Shown here: positions 25,200 through 32,000 of the stretch, piece by piece
Layout of the letters: each line of letters starts with the position of its first letter
Position numbering within the stretch: the first letter of the stretch is position 1
NCBI RefSeq assembly: GCF_008065095.1
Contig: NZ_CP042911.1
Location: 3,840,001 to 3,872,000, forward strand
DNA: 32,000 bases
Direction of reading: 5' to 3'
DNA from: Gemmata obscuriglobus
Lineage (GTDB): Bacteria > Planctomycetota > Planctomycetia > Gemmatales > Gemmataceae
Notes under the pieces: generated by a model
What the model was told of the DNA's origin: nothing
The model's database searches: none
The model's input: only the letters and a program-made list of their open reading frames with translations
Made by a program: the position numbers and the translations under genes

Positions 25200-26591
25200 A
25201 TGTTTCCGCTGTTACTGCTCGCGGGTTGCGCCGGTGCGGACCCGACCCCGCCCGCCGACACGTGGCGGGGCTTCCGCAACGACGGGTCCAGTTGCACGAC
25301 CGCCCGCGACCTGCCCCTGACCTGGGGGCCGAACGAGAACGTGGCGTGGCGCGCCGCGCTGCCGGGGTACGGGCAGTCGTCGCCGGTGGTGTGGAAGGGC
25401 CGCGTGTTCGTGACCGCCGTTGAGGGGCCGGAGAAGGAGAAGTTGCTGGTCGTCGCGGTGGACGCGCGGACCGGCGCGGTGGCCTGGAAGAAGGAGTTCG
25501 CGGCCTCCCAGAAGGGGAAGAACAACCCGATGATGAGCCGCGCCGGCCCGACCCCGGTGGCGGACGCCGAGGGCGTCTACTGCCTGTTCGAGAGCGGCGA
25601 CCTGCTCGCGCTCACGCACGACGGCGGCACCCTGTGGCACCGGTCGCTCGCGAAGGAGCACGGCGAGATCAAGAACAACCACGGGCTGGGCAGTTCGCTC
25701 GCCGAGGCCGGGCGCGCGGTGTTCGTGCAGGTCGATCACGCCGGCCCGTCGTACCTGCTCGCGGTGTGCAAGGCCGACGGCAAGGAACTGTGGAAAACGG
25801 AGCGGCCCGGCCGCACGTCGTGGACCTCGCCGGTCGTCACGACGTTCAACAACAAGGCCGCGGTTCTCGCCAGCGGGGGCGGCACGCTCACCGCCTACGA
25901 CGCGGCGACCGGCAAGGAACTGGCCGCGCTCGACGGCCTCACCGGGAACACCATCCCGTCGCCGACGGCCGCCGGCGATCTGATCGCGGTCGGCGCCGGC
26001 GAGAACCGCATGAAGCCGGACCTCAAGGCGTCCGCCAAGTCGAACTGTCTGGTGCGGTTCGGCGCGCGGGACGGGAGGCCCGCGTTCGAGCCGGTTTGGA
26101 ACGGCACGAAGGCGGTCAGCCACCACGCCAGCCCGGTCGTTCACCAGGGCCACGTGTACTTCGTCACCAAACTCGGGCTCGTCCACTGCCTCGACCTGAA
26201 GACCGGGGCGGAGCGGTACGCGGAGCGGCTCGACGACGAAACGTGGGCCACCCCGGTCGGGGCCGGGGACCGGGTGTACTTCTTCGGCAAGTCGGGCGTC
26301 ACCACGGTGCTCAGGGCCGGCGGCGAGTTCGAGAAACTGGCGGTCAACCGGCTGTGGTCGAAGGAGGACTACGCGGCGCGCCTGGACGCCGCGAAGAGGG
26401 CCGCGGCGGACGCGCTGCCGAAGCCGCCGGAGGGCAAGGGGCCGGGGGGCGGCCCGCCGGTGCCGAAGGCGGAACTCGAAGCGACCCGGTACTCGGCCGT
26501 GGGCGACGTGGTGTACGGCGTCGCGGCCGTGGACCGCGCGCTGTTCGTCCGCACCGGGACCGAACTCGTTTGCATCCGCCCGGCCAAGTGA
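25200..26591 (+). CDS. PQQ-like (BamB-like) beta-propeller repeat lipoprotein
   Basis: Lipobox in MFPLLLLAGCAG. Repeated propeller motifs: SSPVVWKGRVFV, VVAVDARTGAVAWK, LTAYDAATGKEL, VHCLDLKTGAE. Confidence 0.8.
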   Translation: MFPLLLLAGCAGADPTPPADTWRGFRNDGSSCTTARDLPLTWGPNENVAWRAALPGYGQSSPVVWKGRVFVTAVEGPEKEKLLVVAVDARTGAVAWKKEFAASQKGKNNPMMSRAGPTPVADAEGVYCLFESGDLLALTHDGGTLWHRSLAKEHGEIKNNHGLGSSLAEAGRAVFVQVDHAGPSYLLAVCKADGKELWKTERPGRTSWTSPVVTTFNNKAAVLASGGGTLTAYDAATGKELAALDGLTGNTIPSPTAAGDLIAVGAGENRMKPDLKASAKSNCLVRFGARDGRPAFEPVWNGTKAVSHHASPVVHQGHVYFVTKLGLVHCLDLKTGAERYAERLDDETWATPVGAGDRVYFFGKSGVTTVLRAGGEFEKLAVNRLWSKEDYAARLDAAKRAAADALPKPPEGKGPGGGPPVPKAELEATRYSAVGDVVYGVAAVDRALFVRTGTELVCIRPAK

Positions 26592-26613
26592 CACTTCCGA
26601 GAGGGGAACGAAA

Positions 26614-28005
26614 ATGCGCTGCGCGCTGTGGTTCGTGCTGACGGCCGCACTCGGCGGGGCCGTCGCGGGGGGCGACGACAAGGCGCCCGCGAAGGCGAAG
26701 CCGCCGGCACCGATCGTCCGGCTGTTCGTTCAGGACATGAAGACGTGTTCGGTGAAGTGGGCCGACGTGCGGGTGGGGGCGGACCAGGAACTGCTGCTCG
26801 ACCCGCTCGCCGATGTGGCCGGGTTCAAGAAGCTCGACCCGGCGAAGCAGAAGCTGGTCCAGATGCGCGAGTCCGGCAGCCTCGTGTGTGTCGGCGTCCG
26901 GGACGACGCCGACGGCGCGTTCGAGAGCGGGTGGGTGCTCATGCAGTCCGGCGTCGGGTACGCCGACCACGGGGACCACGGGCACTGGACGTACAAGGCG
27001 GCGCCCGCGGTGATCGACAGCCGGCTCGACGCCAAGCAGGGGAACCCGGCCCACCTGTACCGCTACGACGGGTGGTTCTACCTCGCCAACGACAAGCTCA
27101 ACGGGTACACCCGCATCGACCCCGAGGGGTACGCCACGAACGACGCGCGGTCGCTGGGCCAGGGGAAGCCGCTGTTCGTGACCGGCGGGGGCGGGCACAT
27201 CACCCTGGCGGTCGTCGACAACAAGGTCGGGTACGCGTGCTGGATCGACGGCGGCGGGCCGAACAAGGGGCGCGTCGACGTGTCCCCGGTGGGCATCGGC
27301 GCGAGGCCCGAGCCGGCGTACTCGTTCGCGCTACCGACCGGCGGCATCCACGGGGCCGCCGCGTGCGCCGGGAAGGTGTTCTTCGCGCCGTCCGCGGGCG
27401 TGTGCTGGGTGGACGCGGACCCCGGGCTGAAGCTCAAGGCCGATCAGGTCCAGGTGCGGCACATCGACCTCGGCACGGAGGGCGACAAGCCGCGCCGCAC
27501 CGGGGCGTTCGTCACCCACGGGCACCACGTCCTGTTCGTCACCGGCAAGGAGGCGCCCAACTTGGCCGTGCTGGACGCCAAGAGCGCCGAGCCGAAGCCG
27601 GTGTTCCTCCCGCTCGCGGTCAAAAAGGGCACACACGCGGTTACGCCGGAGGTGGTCACGTCGGTGGACGGGAAGACCTACGCGCTGGTGTTCCACGACC
27701 GGGTGAAGGACAGCGACGCGGCCGACGCGCTGGAGGTCATCGCGCTCGACCCGAACGGGGACGGCGATTTCTCCGACATGAAGTCGGTGAAGGTGCTGGC
27801 GGTCGGGAGGAGCGCGGTCGAGGGGCACTTCGGGCACCACGACCTCGCGTTCGACGCGAACCGCAAGTACGGGTTCTTCACCAACCCCGGTGACGGCACG
27901 CTCTCGGTCCTGTCGCTCAAGACGCTCGACGTGGTGGCCACGTTCACCGTCGGCGGCACCCCGGCGGCGCTCGTCGCCCGCGGCGGGGAAGACCACGACG
28001 ACTGA
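26614..28005 (+). CDS. Secreted beta-propeller protein, AztD-like candidate periplasmic zinc metallochaperone
   Basis: Signal peptide MRCALWFVLTAALGGAVAG. The YADHGDHGHWTYKAAPAV...GNPAHLY segment resembles my recollection of the HGDHxH region of AztD-type proteins. C-terminal propeller-like repeat: GDGTLSVLSLKTLDVVATFTVGG. The CDS is confident; the function is only moderately supported. Confidence 0.6.
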   Translation: MRCALWFVLTAALGGAVAGGDDKAPAKAKPPAPIVRLFVQDMKTCSVKWADVRVGADQELLLDPLADVAGFKKLDPAKQKLVQMRESGSLVCVGVRDDADGAFESGWVLMQSGVGYADHGDHGHWTYKAAPAVIDSRLDAKQGNPAHLYRYDGWFYLANDKLNGYTRIDPEGYATNDARSLGQGKPLFVTGGGGHITLAVVDNKVGYACWIDGGGPNKGRVDVSPVGIGARPEPAYSFALPTGGIHGAAACAGKVFFAPSAGVCWVDADPGLKLKADQVQVRHIDLGTEGDKPRRTGAFVTHGHHVLFVTGKEAPNLAVLDAKSAEPKPVFLPLAVKKGTHAVTPEVVTSVDGKTYALVFHDRVKDSDAADALEVIALDPNGDGDFSDMKSVKVLAVGRSAVEGHFGHHDLAFDANRKYGFFTNPGDGTLSVLSLKTLDVVATFTVGGTPAALVARGGEDHDD

Positions 28006-28031
28006 CCCCAACCTCCGCCCGGAGCCGAATC

Positions 28032-28340
28032 ATGCGCGCGACGAATCGACTACTGGCCGTGGTGCTGCTCGGCCTCGCGACGGTCGCCGCGAGGGGTGCA
28101 GTAACAAGCCCGGCGGCGGTGACGGCGGCAGCGGTTTCACCGGCTCCGGCCGGGTGCGGGTGGCGGCGACGTACAGCATCCTCGGCGATCTGGTGAGGAA
28201 CGTCGTCGGGGACGGGGCCGAGGTGGTCACGCTGGTCGGCCCGGACGGGGACGCCCGCACGTTCGACCCGTCGCCGCAGGACGGGATGACGATCGCCGAC
28301 GCCGCGGTCGTCTTCGAGGCCGAGTTCGACGGCCCCACGG
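28032..28340 (+). pseudogene. Frameshifted 5' fragment of a TroA/ZnuA/AztC-type metal ABC transporter substrate-binding lipoprotein
   Basis: ATG at 28032 with GGAG upstream gives the signal peptide MRATNRLLAVVLLGLATVAA in one frame. The lipobox Cys and the mature sequence GCSNKP...RVRVAATYSILGDLVRNVVGDGAEVVTLVGPDGDARTFDPSPQD continue in another frame, with an indel near the G-run at 28093-28096. Only ~100 of the expected ~300 aa are present. Confidence 0.65.
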
Positions 28341-28341
28341 C

Positions 28342-28503
28342 GACCGCCGGCAGGAGCTCGTGTTCATCGGCCAGAAGATGGACGAGCCGGCGGTCCGCGC
28401 TGCGCTCGACGCTGCCCTGATGACCGATGCCGAGATGGCCGGCGGCCCGGCGGTGTGGTCGAAGATCCGCGACCCCCTCCCCGAGTGGCCCGACCCGGAC
28501 TAG
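28342..28503 (+). pseudogene. 3' remnant of a COG0523 (CobW-like) GTPase gene
   Basis: In a third frame, DRRQELVFIGQKMDEPAVRAALDAALM...* parallels the C-terminus of the intact COG0523 gene (SNKLIFIGRNLDRTALTDGFKSCL). There is no GTPase domain. TAG at 28501-28503. Confidence 0.55.
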
Positions 28504-28561
28504 GCGCTGGCCACCGCGACCGCCAACGACCTTCACACCGACCGCACGCTCCGGAGCCGAA

Positions 28562-29506
28562 ATGACCCGCTGCCGAAGGCCCGCGTTCACGCTGATCGAA
28601 CTCTTGGTAGTGATCGCGATCATCGCAATCCTGATCGGACTGTTGCTGCCCGCAGTGCAGAAGGTGCGCGAGGCGGCGGCGCGGATGCAGTGCTCCAACA
28701 ACCTGAAACAACTGGGCCTCGGGTTGCACAACTTCGAGAGCGCCCGCGGCGAGTTCCCGGTGAACCTCGGCACCGTGCGGAACCCCGGCCCGCGGCACCC
28801 GTGGACCGTCGTCATCCTGCCGTTCATCGAGCAGGACAACCTGTTCAAGCAGATCCGCCTCGACGTGGCGTGGTTCGACCCGCCGAACCGCGACGCGATC
28901 AAGACCCCGGTGAAGATTTACCAGTGCCCGTCCGCGACCGCCCGTGAGCCGGCGTTCACCGAGGTGCTGGTGCCCACGGTCGGTGGCACCATGACCCGCA
29001 TCGAGGGCGGGCGGTGGGACTACGGGCCGTTCAGCGGGGTCAACGGGGCGTACCTCGCACAGCCGCCGGCTGACGTGCGCGCGGTGTTTGACGGCGGCGG
29101 GAACCGGTGGTCGGACATGACCGACGGGCTGTCGAACACCGCGATGGTGTCCGAGTGCGCCAACCGGCAGCAGTTGTGGAAGCGGCGGACGCAGGTGACG
29201 GACACGGTGGCCGAGAACAACCCGTGCGGCGCCGGCGGGCCGGGGTGCGTGAACGGCGGGATCTGGGCCGACTGGAACAAGAACATGCGGATCGACGGCG
29301 CGACCGCCGACGGGAACGCGTCGAACGGGGGCGCGTGCGCGGTCAACTGCACCAACCAGTGGGAGGTGTACAGCACGCACACCGGCGGGGCGAACTGCCT
29401 GTTCGGCGACGGGTCGGTCCGGTTCCTCAAGGCGTCGCTCACCTACCCGACGCTGGCCGCGATGATCACCCGCGCCGGCGGCGAGGTCCCGGCGGGAGAC
29501 AACTGA
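28562..29506 (+). CDS. DUF1559 protein with N-terminal prepilin-type cleavage/methylation motif (H-X9-DG intact)
   Basis: ATG at 28562. N-terminus: [38 protein letters not shown]-terminus: [17 protein letters not shown]. Confidence 0.9.
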   Translation: MTRCRRPAFTLIELLVVIAIIAILIGLLLPAVQKVREAAARMQCSNNLKQLGLGLHNFESARGEFPVNLGTVRNPGPRHPWTVVILPFIEQDNLFKQIRLDVAWFDPPNRDAIKTPVKIYQCPSATAREPAFTEVLVPTVGGTMTRIEGGRWDYGPFSGVNGAYLAQPPADVRAVFDGGGNRWSDMTDGLSNTAMVSECANRQQLWKRRTQVTDTVAENNPCGAGGPGCVNGGIWADWNKNMRIDGATADGNASNGGACAVNCTNQWEVYSTHTGGANCLFGDGSVRFLKASLTYPTLAAMITRAGGEVPAGDN

Positions 29507-29928
29507 TGCGTGCGACCTTCGCGGCGCTGGTAATGGCCGGGGTGATGGGTTGTGGCGGCCCGAAGGCCGATGACGCGCCGGGGCCGGTCCGGACGCACGG
29601 CCGCGCCGTCAGCGGGGGCAAACCGGCCGCGGGCGCGGTGCTGGTGTTCCATGCCGTCGGCGGCACCGGTGGACGTCTGCCGCCCCGCGCCCGAGCCGGC
29701 CCCGACGGCCGCTTCGCCGTCACCTCCGCCGACGGCGGCGACGGACTGCCCGAAGGAGAATACGCCGTGACCGTCGAGTGGCGGAGCGGGTCCGGCGAGA
29801 ACGGCGACGACGGCCGTAACCTGGTGAGCGAGAAGTACACCCGCCCGGCCACCACCCCGCTGAAGGCGGCCGTCCGCCGCGGCCCCGACGGGCGTTGCGC
29901 GCTACCGGACTTCGCCCTCACACCCTGA
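29506..29928 (+). CDS. Small lipoprotein, likely a carboxypeptidase-regulatory-like beta-sandwich, as commonly paired with DUF1559 genes
   Basis: ATG at 29506 overlaps the upstream TGA (TGATG). Lipobox in [18 protein letters not shown]. Also GRAVSGGKPAAGAVLVFH...EGEYAVTVEW. Confidence 0.7.
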   Translation: MRATFAALVMAGVMGCGGPKADDAPGPVRTHGRAVSGGKPAAGAVLVFHAVGGTGGRLPPRARAGPDGRFAVTSADGGDGLPEGEYAVTVEWRSGSGENGDDGRNLVSEKYTRPATTPLKAAVRRGPDGRCALPDFALTP

Positions 29929-29943
29929 GCGGAAGGCCCCGCG

Positions 29944-30213
29944 ATGGTCAACGGATACAGCAGCGGTCGGAAGTCCGACCCGGTCGTCCTCGGCCGCATC
30001 CGGGGGTGGATGCGCGACGCGCTCGGTCGGCCCGACGCCGTCGTCGTGGTCACCGAGCGGCGGTGCGCCGAGGGCGGCGGCCCGGACGTGGAAACGGTCG
30101 TCGCCGTGACGGGCGAGCCGGGCCGGGCGCGGCACCACACGTTGCCCAAGGCCGCGGCCGACATCACCCGCACGGACGTTTTGTCCCTGGCCGCCCGTGG
30201 CACCCACGGCTGA
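29944..30213 (+). CDS. Hypothetical protein (89 aa)
   Basis: ATG at 29944. High GC3. No recognisable motif. Lies between the lipoprotein gene and the COG0523 gene. Confidence 0.45.
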   Translation: MVNGYSSGRKSDPVVLGRIRGWMRDALGRPDAVVVVTERRCAEGGGPDVETVVAVTGEPGRARHHTLPKAAADITRTDVLSLAARGTHG

Positions 30214-30273
30214 GCGGGGTATGATAACGAAGTATATTCAAGTAAAACATCGTTTTCCGACGGGGGTTAAGCC

Positions 30274-31620
30274 ATGCCCGCGACCAACGACCGCGTCCCG
30301 GTCACCGTCCTCACCGGGTTCCTCGGCTCCGGCAAGACGACGCTCCTGAACCACATCCTGACCGCGAACCACGGCAAGCGGATCGCGGTCATCGAGAACG
30401 AGTTCGGTGAGGTCGGGATCGACCAGGACCTGGTGATCCGCGCGGAAGAGGAAGTCTTCGAGATGAACAACGGGTGCATCTGTTGCACCGTCCGCGGGGA
30501 CCTGATCCGCATCCTCGGCAACCTGATGAAGCGGAAGGACAAGTTCGACTACATCGTGGTCGAGACCACCGGCATGGCCGACCCCGGGCCGGTCGCCCAG
30601 ACGTTCTTTGTGGACGACGAGGTGGGGCGCAAGACCCGGCTCGACGGGATCGTCACGCTGATCGACGCCAAGCACGTCCACGACCACTGGGACTCGGACG
30701 AGGTGCGGACCCAGATCGCGTTCGCCGACGTGCTCCTGCTGAACAAGACCGACCTCGTCTCGGCGCGCGAACTGGACGCGCTCGAGGCGCGCATCAAGGG
30801 CATGAACGGCGCGGCGAAACTGTACCGGACGCGGAACTCGGTCGTGGAGATGGACCGCATCCTGAACGTCGGCGGGTTCAACCTGGACCGGGCGCTTGAG
30901 GTGGACCCGCAGTTCCTCGAACCGGAGTACCCGTTCGAGTGGGGCGGCGTCTACGAACTCGTGGCCGGGGAGTACGCGTTCGTTTGCGGCGACGGCCCGG
31001 ACCCGGCGATGAACGTGGCGCTGCTGCCGTGCCCGTCGGCCGACGAGGCGGGGCGGAAAGCGGTCGAGACGGACGCGGTGCTGCTGTTCAGCGACGAGGA
31101 GCACGGGGTCGCGCCGGGAGACCCTCTGCCCGTCGGCAAGCGGCTCTCGCAGCTCCAACTGCCGGAGGGCGGTCCGAAGCGGTTCCCCGTGCCGATCGCC
31201 GAAGCCGGGTGCTACGCGCTGTTCACCGAACACGGGCCGGACGAGTTCGGGGCGGAACTGGTCGGACCGGCCGGCGCGCTCGCCCCGACCGCGACCCACG
31301 AGTACAAGCCGGACCACGAGCACGACGACGAGGTGTCGTCGGTCGGGATCACGGTGCCCGGCGACCTGGACATGGACCGGCTCAACGCCTGGATGAGCGA
31401 GCTGCTCCAGACGCGAGGGACGGACATCTTCCGCATGAAGGGCGTGCTGAGCATCAAGGGCGACAAGAACCGGTTCGTGTTTCAGGGCGTTCACATGCTG
31501 CTCGACGCCCGTCCGGACCGACCGTGGGGAGCCGCGCCGCGCTCGAACAAGCTCATCTTCATCGGCCGCAACCTGGACCGAACCGCGCTGACGGATGGGT
31601 TCAAGTCATGCTTGGCGTGA
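30274..31620 (+). CDS. COG0523-family (CobW/ZigA/YjiA-like) metallochaperone GTPase with a ~120-aa insertion before the CobW_C domain
   Basis: Walker A: GFLGSGKTTLLN. Metal motif: NGCICCTVRGDL. Also ETTGMADP and LLNKTDL. His/Asp-rich THEYKPDHEHDDE. C-terminal segment: FRMKGVL...FQGVH...LIFIGRNLD. Confidence 0.9.
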   Translation: MPATNDRVPVTVLTGFLGSGKTTLLNHILTANHGKRIAVIENEFGEVGIDQDLVIRAEEEVFEMNNGCICCTVRGDLIRILGNLMKRKDKFDYIVVETTGMADPGPVAQTFFVDDEVGRKTRLDGIVTLIDAKHVHDHWDSDEVRTQIAFADVLLLNKTDLVSARELDALEARIKGMNGAAKLYRTRNSVVEMDRILNVGGFNLDRALEVDPQFLEPEYPFEWGGVYELVAGEYAFVCGDGPDPAMNVALLPCPSADEAGRKAVETDAVLLFSDEEHGVAPGDPLPVGKRLSQLQLPEGGPKRFPVPIAEAGCYALFTEHGPDEFGAELVGPAGALAPTATHEYKPDHEHDDEVSSVGITVPGDLDMDRLNAWMSELLQTRGTDIFRMKGVLSIKGDKNRFVFQGVHMLLDARPDRPWGAAPRSNKLIFIGRNLDRTALTDGFKSCLA

Positions 31621-32000
31621 GCGGCTGGTTCGGCGGGGTGAAACTCACCGAAGTCTGGCGGGGCGGGATCGAGGACCACGTGATTTCGCTCGCGTGGTCG
31701 CCCGACGACCGGTTCGTTGCCGTGGCCGGGGCCGCCGGGCCGGTCGTGGTTCTGGACGCCGTCACCGGTTCCGCGCGGCACCAACTGCCCGGTCACCGGG
31801 GCGGCGCGACCGCGGTGACGTGGGCGGACGAGGGCACGGTCGTCTCGGCCGGCCAGGACGGCCGGGTCCGCGTCTGGGACGCCGCGACCGGGGCCGAGCG
31901 GTTCGCCCTCGACGCCGGGGCGCGGTGGGTGGAATCGGTGGCCGTCAGCCCGTGCGGAACGTACCTCGCGTCCGCGGCCGGCAAGAAGGTGCGGTTGTGG
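31608..32000 (+). CDS. WD40-repeat protein, 3' end outside the window
   Basis: ATG at 31608 overlaps the COG0523 3' end by 13 nt. The frame is open to the window edge. WD-like repeats: ISLAWSPDDRFVAVAG, TAVTWADEGTVVSAGQDGRVRVWD, VAVSPCGTYLASAAGKKVRLW. Confidence 0.75.
   Translation, partial: MLGVSGWFGGVKLTEVWRGGIEDHVISLAWSPDDRFVAVAGAAGPVVVLDAVTGSARHQLPGHRGGATAVTWADEGTVVSAGQDGRVRVWDAATGAERFALDAGARWVESVAVSPCGTYLASAAGKKVRLW

Noticed and set aside
24008-28902. Minus-strand ORFs sharing the peptide [10 protein letters not shown] (24008..24244 and 28030..28902)
   Set aside because: The peptide is the antisense translation of the conserved prepilin-type helix ([14 protein letters not shown]) of the two DUF1559 genes, not an independent repeated protein.
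22738-31494. Long alternative-frame ORFs in the zinc island (22738..23841 +, 24054..25013 -, 25212..26681 -, 26628..27893 +, 28364..29380 -, 30238..31494 -)
   Set aside because: Each is antisense to, or out of frame with, a gene that has strong family motifs (CDF, DUF1559, propellers, COG0523). All have shadow-ORF composition.
1-32000. CRISPR arrays, tRNA, rRNA or tmRNA genes
   Set aside because: I found no regularly spaced direct repeats and no tRNA-like T-arm (GGTTCGAATCC-type) or rRNA signatures on either strand. This was a visual scan only, so tRNAscan-SE, Infernal and a CRISPR finder should confirm it.

Overview
High-GC window that looks planctomycetal (Gemmataceae-like): it has two DUF1559/H-X9-DG prepilin-type proteins, beta-propeller lipoproteins and many Arg/Pro/Gly-rich shadow ORFs antisense to real genes. 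I support about 30 genes. From left to right: (1) a 5'-partial NPCBM-domain protein. (2) A same-strand cluster of three HtrA/DegP-like proteins; only the first keeps the His/Asp/Ser triad, and the third also carries an esterase-like domain lacking its nucleophile Ser. (3) A perfect 45-bp inverted repeat wedged between convergent genes. (4) A standalone HNH endonuclease. (5) A minus-strand McrBC-family locus. Its McrB-type GTPase has a ~600-aa N-terminal extension containing a DUF2461-like module, and a membrane-anchored 486-507 aa gene sits between the GTPase and the McrC-type nuclease, apparently translationally coupled to the nuclease. This is my best candidate for an undescribed system. (6) A structured AT-rich 385-bp intergenic region. 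(7) Mostly housekeeping-type genes: metallophosphoesterase, MFS transporter, an orphan Rad52/22-type annealing protein, an RluA-family pseudouridine synthase and an RlmI-like methyltransferase. (8) A graveyard of three unrelated IS transposase fragments. (9) A zinc-homeostasis island: a CDF exporter, an AztD-like propeller, a decayed ZnuA/AztC-type binding-protein gene fused to a COG0523 remnant, and an intact CxCC COG0523 GTPase overlapping a WD40 gene. Two DUF1559 plus lipoprotein modules are interleaved with these. I saw no rRNA, tRNA or CRISPR array. All domain calls come from motif recognition by eye, and start codons are approximate.
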